NCBI GenBank assembly: GCA_950097015.1
Contig: CATNEN010000001.1
Location: forward strand, 11,284,001-11,348,000
Source: Macrostomum hystrix
Lineage: Eukaryota; Animalia; Platyhelminthes
Reading direction: 5' to 3'
DNA length: 64,000 bases
A model generated the notes under the pieces. The model did no database searches and was not told the origin of the DNA. It worked only from the letters and a program-made list of their open reading frames with translations. The position numbers and the translations under genes were made by a program. Shown one piece after another: positions 13,617-25,945 of this stretch. Numbering within the stretch: the stretch's first letter is position 1; each line of letters begins with the position of its first letter.

Positions 13617-13819
13617 TTGTCTAACAGGTTTATGATCCAGTCTAACAGGTTTATGATCCTGTCTAACAGGTTTATGATCCTGTCTAACAGGTTTATGATC
13701 CTGTCTAACAGGTTTATGATCCTGTCTAACAGGTTTATGATCCTGTCTAACAGGTTTATGATCCTGTCTAACAGGTTTATGATCCTGTCTAACAGGTTTA
13801 TGATCCTGTCTAACAGGTT
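13617..13819. repeat. Minisatellite, 21 bp unit (CCTGTCTAACAGG core), Rab11-FIP 3' UTR
   Basis: CCTGTCTAACAGGTTTATGAT. Confidence 0.96.
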
Positions 13820-16135
13820 ATATACTTGCCTGACAGCAAACCATAGGTTTCCTAGTTTTAAAGTAAACTCAGTTTTTTTTAATGAAATTTTTATTTCGGA
13901 CGTCGCCTGTTCCTGTGCATGTATTTTTTAATACAAATTTTAATGCAATTCACAATGGGACCATGAAGATTTTACTTTTCTAAAGGGCTATTTTCTGATT
14001 AAACATTCTACATTAACGTATAAAACAGAACTTTAAATATGTTTTTTACATGACATTTTTCGTTAATTAGTTTAAAAAACATTTTCTATGCTTTTGTGTA
14101 CTTTTGTTTTTGTAAACAAAACATTTTGCTAATCTTAAAAAAAGCAATCACATTGGCTGTGCTCATTTAAATAAGGATTGTAAGTCATAAAATTTATACT
14201 TATACATTTTTTATAAACATTTCTGTTGTTTATCAAAAACTAATTACTTTCCTGTACTAATAAAAGTGCTTTAAAAGTTAGGCTTTACAAATCAGTGGTA
14301 GTTTATTTCGTTGAAGGATCTCTGTACATAGAATGAAGATTAGCGCCGAGATGCTGTGAAAATATTTTCTTACAAATTATTATTGTCTTAATTTAATTAT
14401 TAATTTTCGCTGTGTCAAACGATGTCCTATTAATTTTCTTTTCGCAATCAAGGATTTCTAAAAGCTACAACATTCTCTTCACATTCCAATTCAAGATGGC
14501 GTTATGAATTTTTTCTAACTGTCTTTTTTGTTTGTTTTATTATTTTACTATAAACTTTCTAATCGGTCAATAATCTCTTTTTGCTACTTCGAATGCGGTT
14601 ATCATTTTATAATCATATTAAAAAGTATGCCGATTTTTTTGTTTTAAACAGAAACAAAAAAGCCATGTACATTAATAAACTTGGAAAAAATTATATCGAA
14701 GTTTTTCCAAGAAATATAAAAGACGAACTAATTTTTTTATTGTAAAATACTAAAAAGAAAAAAATGCATCCTCAAAGATGGATAGTGAATAGCAAAAAAT
14801 GCATTTTGCTAAATATAACAGGTTAGATTACGAAACTACGAATAAAATATTTTTGGGATTGATTTGCGCAAATTTAAATTTTACTTTAGTAAACTTGTTT
14901 TATATATTGCTGTTGTTAAAAACTAATCAATTATAAAAATGATTTCACAGAGTCCACAGACTCTTATCGATGCGATTGCTTCATGGAAAGCACTAAAGCT
15001 CTTTATCGGACATTTACGCGACACAATTTTATCTTTAACGGCTGTGCTGTATTTGTAATTTCTATTCAAAATCAGAAATGTGTTTTTATATTCCCGTTTC
15101 ACACTACTCAGCAGCAGTAGCAGGTTTTACATTTTTGTGTCGCTTTAAGTTGTACATTTTATTGCACCGAGTTTTCTATTTTTCGTTTTGCCTTGCATTG
15201 CCCATTTCTGCTAAGGAGTGTGTTGATTCTAAATTTTCAATTTTTTGGGACTTCGAAACGTAGTACAAGTTGTAGGTCTTGATGTGATTTTCTAACTGGA
15301 GCTGTTTATAATTCCATATGAAATGTAATTAAAAATATAAATATAGTCTATAATGCATTAGTAAAAGTTTTTTACTGTGCCGCGTTGTCAGTGTTTTAGA
15401 GTACAAACAATATTTGTATTTTGATTTTTTTCTAATTTGTATTACCGACAAAATAACAAAGAATATAAATAATATGTCGTTCTAGTTTTTGTTTTTGCAT
15501 ATCAGGCTTTGTTAAATATTTTTTCACCCATGATAGCTACATGGGCGGGAAAGCATCTGTGTTACAATCGCGTGGGTTAACAGTAAAACAATAAGAGCAT
15601 ATATATATTATATAATTAAATATGGCATTAACACAGGTAAGGAAAATGCACGTGCGTCATATTATTTGTGTCGGGTTATAGATTTAAAGGAGAGAAATTG
15701 ATAGAAAATACAAAACAAATTATTTCAATTTTTATCGATAAATCAGCAGAAGACAATGTACTGATAAAAATATGATTGCGCATATCATACTACTAAATCA
15801 TACTTAGGTAGCACGAAACGTATGTGACAAACATTTATTACAAATAACATGAAATTAATCTGATAAAATCTTAAAAAGGACGCTCGTTATAGAAAGCGGA
15901 TTGTGACCTTATATAATTAACGGTGACGCGAGCTTTGGTTAATGTCGTTTGGTCAAAATTGGTCAAGATCAAAATTGGCGGTCCATTGATCGTAAAAGTA
16001 CATTTTTCGTTTTCTTGTTTTTAAAATGGTATCTTTTCAAGCATTTTTATAAGGTTTGACAAGTTAGATCAGATGATAATGGTAAATAGCAGTTTGCCAT
16101 TTGAAGGTGAAGGTTGAGCGGTGAGCAAACAGTTC

Positions 16136-19100
16136 TCATTGCCAATGAGCGACGTAGCTGACGTCATCGAGTCGATGTCGTTTTGCGCTGCTAACCTCGG
16201 CAACGTCAATGACGTCCACCTCGTCACAGCGATGCTTCCAGGCCAACTGGTTTGATGAAAAACTGCTGAAGTTTGAGCACATGTCTAGTAGGCGCGGACT
16301 CAGCCGATTGCCTAGATGGGACAGTAGGCTAGGGATTAGAAATTGCCTAGTAACGCTTCGAACTACAGACTTCTGTTGCAGTACGCGGCTGAGAAAGGTC
16401 GAGTCACGCTTGGCGGCTCCGCTGCAGCAGTGCGACTTGAGCATCTCGATGTAGTTGTGATGCAGCTTGTACACCTCGCCAGGTCTTGCCAGAGACAATT
16501 TCTCTGCGGAATGGCGAAATTGGCAGATTAACTCTGTGGCATAATGTGTTTGCTGTAGTTCTCAAACTATTGGGTAGAGGGTTTAGAGAGCCCAGGACAG
16601 AGGAGATTAGAGATTAGATGGGAGGCAGAGGGAGAGATGGGATGGGAGGAGGCAGAGGAAGAGATGAGATGGGAGGCAGAGGAAGGGATGGGATGGGAGA
16701 CAGAGGGAGAGATGAGATAGGAGACAGAGGAAGAGATGAGATGGGAGGCAGAGGGAGAGATGAGATGGGAGGCAGAGGGAGAGATGAGATGGGAGGGAGA
16801 GGGAGAGATGAGATGGGAGACAGAGGAAGAGATGAGATGGGAGACAGAGGAAGAGATGAGATGGGAGGCAGAGGGAGAGATGAGATGGGAGACAGAGGAA
16901 GAGATGAGATGGGAGGCAGAGGGAGAGATGAGATGAGAGGGAGAGGGAGAGATGAGATGGGAGGCAGAGGGAGATATTTCCACCAAGCGTGTATGCATAA
17001 AACTAAAAGAGATGAACTGATCACAAAATTCAGAATGCAACCACAATTTTCAGATTTCCAATTACACTTGAAAAGTTTCTGCACTACACAAATTTTTTAA
17101 AACAAAAAACCTTGAAGATCGGGCTGTTTTTTTAGCAACACCTTAAAGCAACTTCAAGCTAAGAGGCTGAAGAGAATTTTAAATTTTCCTTTACGGTTTT
17201 TAAAAACCGAGGCTTCACTAAGAATGGCAGGGTGGGCAAAGTCTATAATGAGATTTGCGGACTCGTGCAAAAAGTGCGTAGTTTTCGAAAAACAAATTCA
17301 GACATCTTTTTGTCTTTTTTTCTGTTTGCATTTCAAATTTCTTTCTAGTTTCCAGTTGTTGCTAAAGTTTTGTTAAATTTTTCAAAGTAACTTTAACTTT
17401 GTTTAAATAGTGAGATTTACTCTGCTTTTTGTCCGAGAAGAATTTGGGGGTTTAAGAATTCTGATTTTGCAAACACGTGTACTGTCTCGCCTATGCTAAA
17501 TTTGTCAATCAGACGTTAGGATTCAACTGTCTAGGGGATTCAGTGGCAGAGCGGTTGATGCGTTTGCCTCTCGCACCAAGGTCCCTGAGCTCGATTCCGC
17601 GGCGAGGCCACATTTATTTGGGGCGCAGCCGCGGAGAGAAGGCTTGGGGGCTTGTCGTGCAATTTACGCCCTTGAGGGCCAACCTCCAAGGCACAGTGAG
17701 AGTGTACACTGCCTGACGATGAGAAAGTCAGGGCAGATGTACACACCTGTGTGCGCGTGTGCTCAGGAGTCAGCGGAATGGGCAGAATTGCCTCCTCGCT
17801 GGCTGCGGGTCTAGTGTCACTTAATGATGTGACATTGCCCGCAGCCCTCCTACAATTTTTATCTATGCAATTCTTTTTTCTTGATCTCAGGAGGGATAAT
17901 AACAATGGCCGGAGGGCTGCGGGCAATGGTACATCATCGCCGCAGACGTGCCATCGAGCTCAGGGTTCTTGGTACGAGAGGCCGATGCGTTTGACCGAGA
18001 ACAGTTTCTTGTTCTTTCAAAAGTACTTAAAAGTTAACCTGCGTGACTCACCCTCATCCGGGCTAAAGTACACCAGCAGAATGGTTGCCAGGCCGGCAAA
18101 AGCTGCGCAGTCTTTGTCCATCAGCGTCTTCAATTGTCTGCCGCAGTTTGCCAGCGCTTCGGCAGTCGGGCCAAGGCCGAGCCTGGCGAGACTTCGCCAG
18201 CTGAACTTGTCGCCGCTGTCGAACCGGAAGTAGAATCGGCGATTGGAACGACCGGTTGCCTCTTGATTAGATTGATTGTCCTCGATTGAGTCCATGTCCG
18301 GGATTTCCGATCTAAGAAATGTAATAAAAAAAATTTCTGTTCATTATTCTACTGCTGTGACATTCTACTATTAGTACGTCAATTTGCGTGTTCAATCGAC
18401 ACGAACCTGTAAGCAGCTCTAGCCAGCACCACGTCAATGGCGTGCGCTCTGAGCAGAGCTGCCCGATCGCAGTGTTCCAAGCTTGTGAAGCCGGGCAGTT
18501 GGTTTGCGAACTGCTCCACCACCGTCAGGCTGGCGTCGATAGCCGAGCAAAGCCGAATTGCCTCCGAGTTCACGTCTTCGTCCAGATCGACGTCGTCTAG
18601 CGCGATGTCGACTCCGTCTGTTGACGAAGGCGTCGATGCTGAATTTGACAACGCTGTCGCCGGCGGTTGCGTTGACAGATGAGCGGAGATCAAGACGGAC
18701 AGCAGGGTGACGGGAGTGCCGCCTCCGACACCACCGCAGCCTGCTGATGGCCGGCTCCTAGTCAGCTGACTTTGGTCCATGACTGCGGCCTGCGAGGAGA
18801 GGTGAAAAGCCGGCAGCTGAAGATGAGCCACCTGAGACGGCTGCTGCTGCTGCTGCTGCCGGGCCTTCGATGACAGGCGACCGCGGCGACCTTTGAGACT
18901 CTCGGATCGAACCACTGCGGGGTGAAGATTGTGAATTGCTAGCCTATGCACTGATTGGCGAAGGAATTGAATGGATTGCTAACCTATGCTCCCAAGCCCG
19001 CCCCTGATCCTCACCCTCCTTGACCATGCCAACGCGGAGGCATTTCTTGAACCGGCAGTACTGGCAGCGGTTGCGCCTCCTCTTGTCCACCACGCAGTTC

Positions 19101-21433
19101 TTGGTGTGCAGGCAAACGTATTGCGCATTCTTCTGAATTGTTCGCTGAGGAAGGAGGTTGAATAAAAGCATGAAAATAATTCGCTTTACCTGCAATAGTT
19201 TTAGTCGGATTTACTAAACGAAAACAGTGTCGTTGTTTATCTTTACGTAAATTTTACAAGGACTTATAATTATTATAATTGCAGGAGGGCTGCGGGCAAT
19301 GGCACATCATTTGGTGACACTAGACCCGCAGCCAGCGAGGAGGCAATTCTGCCCATTTTGCTGACCCCTGAGCACACGCTCACACAGGTGTGTACATCTG
19401 ACCTGACGTTCTCATCGTCAGGCCGTGTACACTCTCACTGTGCCTTGGAGGTTGGCCTTCAAGGGCGTAAATTGCACGACAAGCCCCCCAAAAAGCCTTC
19501 TCTGCTCGGCTGCGCCCCAAATGAATGTGGCCTCGCCGCGGAATCGAGCTCAGGGACCTTGGTGCGAGAGGCAAACGCGTTAACCGCTCTACCAAGTGCC
19601 TCTTTACTCGCTGAGTGTTGTGTGTGTCCATCGACTGAACAGCCGTACGCAAGCTTTGATAGACAATAGCTGTGTACTAACCTTGAAGAAGCCTTTGCAG
19701 CCCTCGCAGGTGCGCACACCGTAGTGCTGACAGGCGGCGCTGTCGCCACAGACCAGACAGTCTGTTGGGCCAGGCTCAGCCGACGAGGCCAGCGCGACCT
19801 CTGGCGAATTTCGTTCGTCTTCGGTCGCATTGTTGCTAAGGACGCCAGCTGGGTTGCTATCGGCAGTGTCGGGATCAGATTGTAGAACCTGTGGCGGCAG
19901 CGGCAGTGGCAGAAGCTGCGGCTGCTGTGACGGTGGTGGCGGAGGCAGTGGTGGTGGCATGTGTTGATGGACGGTTGGCACAGCAAATTGCTGCTGCTGC
20001 TGCTGCTGAATTGATGAGAAATCAGAAAAGTACATCTCGGGTATATGTTGATGCTGATCCTGCGCAGGGCAGAACGATGAAAATGAACTAAACTGAGAAT
20101 ATTGAAGCATCTGGTGCTGCTGCTGCTGCTGCTGCTGCTGAAAAATATTCTGCAATTCAAACTGTTGCTGATGCCGCATGCCGACTGGCAACTGAAATTC
20201 CTCTTCCCCGCTACTTGAAGGCGATCTTGACTCCAATTTGAAGTGATGGCTGTGGTGCTGGAGGTCGTCAGGATATGCGGCATAATGATTGTCGAACAAC
20301 TGCTGATGATGCTGCTGATGCTGGGTGAAGCTTGACTGTTGTTGAATCAGTTGCTGGCTGTGATGCTGCTGATGCTGGATGGCATTGTCAGATGACAACA
20401 GGGTGTCAACTTGTTGCAAGTGTGTCAGCTGATGCTGCTGATCTGTGTCGATGCTCGGTCCGTAGAGATGGCCGTGGAACTCTGCGTAGGGCGTGTTGAT
20501 GCCAGATTCCGTTGTAACATTGGTTGCTATGCCGTTGCTATGGCTTGCTCCAACAGTTGGCAACGCGACTTGCTGGCCCGCCTGCGACTGAGGAAGAGAT
20601 TCGTTTGCTATTATTTCATCTACTTTATCCTAGAAGATAGGAGAAGTAGATAGGAGTAGAACAGAGAAGTAGATAGCTGAAATATCTCGCAAATAAAATA
20701 AGTAGATATGAGAAGTAGACAGGAGAAGTAGATAGTAGAAGTAGATAGGAGAAGTAGATGGGAGAAGTAGATAGGAGAAGAAGATGGGAGAAGTAGATAG
20801 GAGAAGAAGATGGGAGAAGTAGATAGGAGAAGTAGATAGGAGAAGTAGATAGGAGAAGCAGATAAGAGAAGTAGATAGGAGAAGTATAGATAGGAGAATT
20901 AGATAGGAGAAGTAGATAGGACAAGCAGATAAGAGAAGTAGATAAGAGAAGTAGATAAGAGACGTAGATAAGAGAACTAGATAGGAGAAGAAGATGGGAG
21001 AAGTAGATAGGAGAAGAAGATAGGAGAAGTGGATAAGAGAAGTAGATAAGAGAAGTAGATAAGAGACGTAGATAAGAGAAGTAGATAGGAGAAGTAGATA
21101 GGAGAAGTAGATAGGAGAAGCAGATAAGAGAAGTATATAGGAGAAGTAGATAGGAGAAGCAGATAAGAGAAGTAGATAAGAGAAGTAGATAGGAGAAGCA
21201 GATAAGAGAAGTAGATAAGAGAAGTAGATAGGAGAAGCAGATAAGAGAAGTAGATAGGATAAGCAGATAAGAGAAGTAGATAAGAGAAGTAGATAGGAGA
21301 AGTAGATAAGAGAAGTAGATAAGAGAAGTAGATAGGAGAAGTAGATAAGAGAAGTAGATAAGATAAGTAGATAGGAGAAGTAGCAGCCGCAATCAAACGT
21401 CACTCTCACCCGCTGCTGGCCGCACAGCAACAT
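16136..21433 (-). CDS. NR4A: NR4A/HR38-family orphan nuclear receptor, 6 coding exons
   Basis: Exons 21433-21410 (MLLCGQQR), 20587(or 20581)-19682, 19144-19015, 18914-18407, 18311-18052, 16503-16136, phases consistent. C4 fingers CLVCGD...CEGCKGFFK|[11 protein letters not shown]...[18 protein letters not shown] and the NR4A-diagnostic T/A-box [20 protein letters not shown] signature [11 protein letters not shown]. Confidence 0.93.
16614..16974. repeat. Minisatellite, 24 bp unit
   Basis: GGGAGGCAGAGGGAGAGATGAGAT. Confidence 0.95.
17535..17878 (+). mobile_element. tRNA-derived SINE family A, full-length copy
   Basis: A-box TGGCAGAGCGG, B-box-like GCTCGATTCC, structured body, 3' hairpin GGCTGCGGGT...GCCCGCAGCC. 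Homologous copies occur elsewhere in the window. Confidence 0.85.
17897..17997 (-). mobile_element. SINE family A, internally deleted inverted copy
   Basis: Reverse tail (ggagggctgcgggcaatgg) is joined almost directly to reverse head (atcgagctcaggg..cttggtacgagaggc). Confidence 0.7.
19265..19600 (-). mobile_element. SINE family A, full-length copy in NR4A intron
   Basis: Reverse complement aligns end to end with 17535-17878 and ends in an ATT-rich tail. Confidence 0.85.
19626..19674 (+). mobile_element. SINE family B 3'-region fragment
   Basis: gtccatcgactgaacagccgtacgca...caatagctg matches 52350-52402. Confidence 0.6.
20631..21383. repeat. Minisatellite, 13 bp unit filling NR4A coding intron 1
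   Basis: GAGAAGTAGATA(G/A). Confidence 0.96.
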
Positions 21434-21869
21434 GTCTCTGCCGGTGTTTTGCTGAACAGTAGATTCGCACCAGCACTCGTCGCTTTGATCTGGTTTAAAA
21501 AATACGAGTAGAAAACCAGTAATTTAATAAAATAAAAAATCTATGGTATTTATTTCTCGAGAAAATGATAATTAACTCACATATACGAGTTAGTAGGAAA
21601 GAAATAAACAAATTACGCACTAACAATATTCACCTAGCAAGACGCAATTGGACGAAAATAAGTCACTATAAGCGTAGATACACGCATATATATACACGAA
21701 TAAATTTCATTGGACTCTCTCTCTAAGGATTTAGATAGAGAAGTTTTCGTTGCGGAACTGCACGCCTATAGCTTCCCTGTGTGGTGTGGGGTTCGCCGCT
21801 GCCTGACAACTCCCCCCCCCTACGGAATTACCTGAGTGTGCGCGCCAATCCCAGGTTGGTAATACCGCC

Positions 21870-21876
21870 CTATATA
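21870..21876 (-). promoter_or_regulatory. Candidate NR4A TATA box
   Basis: Minus strand CTATATAGGGCGG lies upstream of a candidate non-coding exon (donor at 21633) and the acceptor at 21490. Confidence 0.35.
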
Positions 21877-21983
21877 GTTCGTCGTTGGCTTTCGGGAATG
21901 GCTCGGAAAGCCTTCAGGGAGGCTGGTGGGGATGGGGGAAGTGGAATGGCGGGGGGGATGATCGCTATAGTTCTATAGTTCTC

Positions 21984-21985
<2 letters not shown>

Positions 21986-22015
<30 letters not shown>
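21986..22015. repeat. (GT)n microsatellite
   Basis: About 15 GT units. Confidence 0.95.
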
Positions 22016-22017
<2 letters not shown>

Positions 22018-23231
22018 TCGGAAAACTTCCAAATTCGCAGTGTTTGTGGCCCCCGTGAAGAGGTCTGGAACCTATTGGCTGTTGCAAACACTGAATTTCG
22101 CTGCTATACCCGCCAACGCCACTGCCGCTGCTGCTGCTGCTGCAGTTGCTTTTGGAAAGAAATCCCTGACTTACTGGGAGACTGTTAATCCGAAAACTTC
22201 CCTAGAGAACCGTTGGCACGTAGCAGCAATCTGCGGTTGCATACAGCAGCAGCAGCAGCAGCACCAACAGATGTAGAGTATTAGAAAAGATTAACAAATA
22301 GTTCAACTTTGAAATAGTACTAATTTGGATCTATTGCTGCTGTTGTTGGCGCCAATGGGCCAAGAGACAAAGCATACACATCACCATTATTATCGTTGTT
22401 AATTTTCTTAACTTCACTTTTAGTGGAAGAAGAAGAGAATGCTTTTACCGATACTTTCTCCCGTAGTAATTAATCAGTATTTGTTTGGTGTGTGGGAGTG
22501 TGTTGCAGGGTTGAACCTGGCATAATCTGGCCATCAGGAAGTTTCTAATCTTTATTGTCTCGCACAAAAAATGGTACCGCATCAGAGTGTAAACATTTTC
22601 TGCTTAGTTTCCGATTGCATGAATAAAATTAATAAATCTTTGGCCTAACCCCGCAGTTTTCTCAGTAACAAACTAATCTCCCACTACATTGTAGCGGATT
22701 TTTCCGATAATCCTTTAGTGGTTTGTTTGACTTCGCTGCCAAACCTATAGATTAGATGCAGATTTAAGATTTCTGTTTATCTGTTCCGTCCCTAGTATCT
22801 GTTTGTTCATAGGCTATCGCTTGTGTTTTTTAACTGACTATGAACAACGAAATGACTATCACTGATGCCTGCAAATTTAACTGCAAAGAAAAAAAAGCAA
22901 TTCTCATCTGTTTAATAGTACCTGATCCTACTAGTCTTAAACAATTGTCTAATATAAAATTAGAACAACAATAAAATGTTATGGAGTATATCGCAAAGCA
23001 GTGGTTTATTGTGTCATAAAAATTTTATGCACTCAGATTTGGATTTATTGTCGGATTTAGCTGCATGGTCCTGTTGATTCGAAAATTGCGCGACAATTCC
23101 CTCCCCCCCCAAAAGCAAATCCATTGGAGATAAAGGCAAGATAGAATGCATTTTTATATTCTTCCGAATCAGTAATTTGCTGTCAGGTAGTTGATAAACA
23201 TTTGGGAAGTGGCTGACTATGGAATCAGGTA

Positions 23232-23280
23232 GTGTGTACTCAGGAGTCAGTGGAATGGGCAGAATTGTCACCAAACGATG
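23232..23280 (+). mobile_element. SINE family A fragment
   Basis: gtgtgtactcaggagtcagtggaatgggcagaattg matches the sequence at about 17756-17790. Confidence 0.6.
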
Positions 23281-23688
23281 CTCTAATGCCCATTACTACT
23301 GCTTAAATCACTCATAACTGAATAAGAAAGTACAGATAAAGTGGTACCCCGTGTTTTAGCTGATCGATTGTGGATTTTAGATAGGATTTGCAAAATCCTA
23401 ACAAACTGGAGCGCCATAGCAACGATATGGACCAAATTAGTGAAAGTAGAGCCACCGTGATGGGTCAACTGTAAACATTGCAGAGAATGGCGTGCAATAT
23501 AATAGAAAGTTAAAGATTTGCAAATAAATATATTGGAAGACAATTCTGACTGGACTATCGCAATCAGCAGAATATTTCTGCTGGCAAAATACTCGTTTGT
23601 TTCGCTTAGAAATATCAGATATCCTAGAAAGGAAGAAAGAAAGTGCACTAATGCTTTGTTAGGATAATCATTAGGATCGGGAGAATAA

Positions 23689-24499
23689 AGACAGAGGAAG
23701 GTGCGAGGGAGACAGAGGAGGTAGAGAAGGAGACAGAGGAGGTAGAGAAGGAGACAGTGGAGGTAGAGAAGGAGACAGAGGAGGTAGAGAAGGAGACAGA
23801 GGAGGTAGAGATGGAGACAGGAGGTAGAGATGGAGACAGGAGGTAGAGAAGGAGACAGAGGAGGTAGAGAAGGAGACAGAGGAGGTAGAGATGGAGGCAG
23901 AGGAGGTAGAGAAGGAGACAGAGGAGGTAGAGATGGAGACAGAGGAGGTAGAGATGGAGACAGAGGAGGTAGAGAAGGAGACAGAGGAGGTAGAGAAGGA
24001 GACAGTGGAGGTAGAGAAGGAGACAGAGGAGGTAGAGAAGGAGACAGAGGAGGTAGAGATGGAGACAGGAGGTAGAGATGGAGACAGGAGGTAGAGATGG
24101 AGACAGGAGGTAGAGAAGGAGACAGAGGAGGTAGAGAAGGAGACAGAGGAGGTAGAGATGGAGACAGAGGAGGTAGAGAAGGAGACAGAGGAGGTAGAGA
24201 TGGAGACAGAGGAGGTAGAGATGGAGACAGAGGAGTTAGAGAAGGAGACAGAGGAGGTAGAGAAGGAGACAGAGGAGGTAGAGAAGGAGACAGAGGAGGT
24301 AGAGAAGGAGACAGAGGAGGTAGAGAAGGAGACAGAGGAGGTAGAGAAGGAGACAGAGGAGGTAGAGAAGGAGACAGAGGAGGTAGAGAAGGAAACAGAG
24401 GAGGTAGAGAAGGAGACAGTGGTGGTAGAGAAGGAGACAGTGGTGGTAGAGAAGGAGACAGAGGAGGTAGAGAAGGAGACAGGAGGTGGAGAAGGAGAC
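23689..24499. repeat. Minisatellite, 21 bp unit
   Basis: GAGACAGAGGAGGTAGAGAAG. Confidence 0.96.
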
Positions 24500-25313
24500 A
24501 AGAGGATGGGTATGCGTAGAAAGTGGGACATATTTAAATGTGTTTGTCAGTATACTAAATTGGAAGAAACTTCAAATTTGATCTAAATTACTTACATCTC
24601 GGATGCTGCTGCTGCTGCTGATGAAGATGATGAGAGTTGCAAGCAGCACAGCTAGCAGGCACGTGTGGTTCTGCTGCCTGATGCTGCCAAAGTGTCCCTC
24701 CTGATCTCCAGCCAAATGTCTGAGTACTAGTCAGTGCCATGTTTTGTGTTTATTGAAATTTGAGAACTGAATAGCAGTGACTCCGCCTTATTAATACTGT
24801 TGTTATATCCCCTTTTTAACATCCTCCTGTCCTTAGGTACTCAACCCCAACATTCATCATTAGCCCAAGCCATTCCGCAGCCAATAGGCTAGCGGAGGGA
24901 GGTGGTGGGCTACTCGTGCTCAAATTCAACTGGTTGCCGCAACACTTCACTATAGGCACTGTTCCTCGAGTTTGAGCAGTGCAACCACGTGGCTATTGTT
25001 GCGGCGCTCGGATACACAAACTTGAAAATTGGAAATGAGCAATTAGGAACAAAGACCTCCCCTGAGACCTAGCGGGTGTGTGTGGAATAACATTGTGCGA
25101 TACTGTGTATCATTCCCCGCATTGTTTTCGCTATTAATATATATGAAAATAGTGTATGAAAAAACTGTTGCTTGACACTTGCAATTATACCGCAGTAACT
25201 GGCCATTGTTGCTGTACAGAACTTGCAAAATATAGTAAGTATATGTAGTGACAGTATGACTTCAGTGAACCTAAATATTATTTTTCAGGTTTATGAATAC
25301 TTTGCGAAAACGC

Positions 25314-25945
25314 GGGTGAGAGAGTGAATCTCAGGGTGACAGAGTGAATCTCAGGGTGACAGAGTGAATCTTAGGGTTTACAGAGTGAATCTCAGTGTGA
25401 CAGAGTGAATCTCAGGGTGACAGAGTGAATCTTAGGGTGACAGAGTGAATATTAGGGTTTACATCGTGAATCTCAGTGTGACAGAGTGAATCTCAGGGTG
25501 ACAGAGTGAATTTCAGAGTGACAGAGTGAATCTCAGGGTGACAGAGTGAATCTCAGGGTGACAGAGTGAATCTTAGGGTTTACAGAGTGAATCTCAGTGT
25601 GACAAAGTGAATCTCAGGGTGACAGAGTGAATCTCAGGGTGGCAAAGTGAAAAGAAGAGTGACAGAGTAAATCTCAGAGTGACAGAGTGAATCTCAGGGT
25701 GACAGAGTGAATATCAGGGTTTACAGAGTGAATCTCAGGGTGACAGAGTGAATCTCAGGGTGACAGAGTGAATAGAAGAGTGACAGAGTGGACAGAAGAG
25801 TGACAGAGTGGACAGAAGAGTGACAGAGTGGACAGAAGAGTGACAGAGTGAACATAAGAGTGACAGAGTGGACAGAAGAGTGACAGAGTGGACAGAAGAG
25901 TGACAGAGTGAATAGAAGAGTGACAGAGTGAACAGAAGAGTGACA
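25314..25945. repeat. Compound minisatellite, two related 20 bp units
   Basis: GACAGAGTGAATCTCAGGGT then GACAGAGTGGACAGAAGAGT. Confidence 0.95.

Noticed and set aside
17708-17740. Hammerhead ribozyme (CTGACGA...GAAA-GTC) in SINE A
   Set aside because: There is no room for helices II and III, a simple hairpin explains the pairing, and GAAA is GAAC in the 19.4-kb copy.
17790-17803. HDV-like ribozyme (GCCTCCTCGCTGGC matches the HDV P3/L3 sequence)
   Set aside because: The P1 partner lies downstream instead of upstream, and the P1.1 GG and P2 are missing. An alternative hairpin accounts for the sequence.
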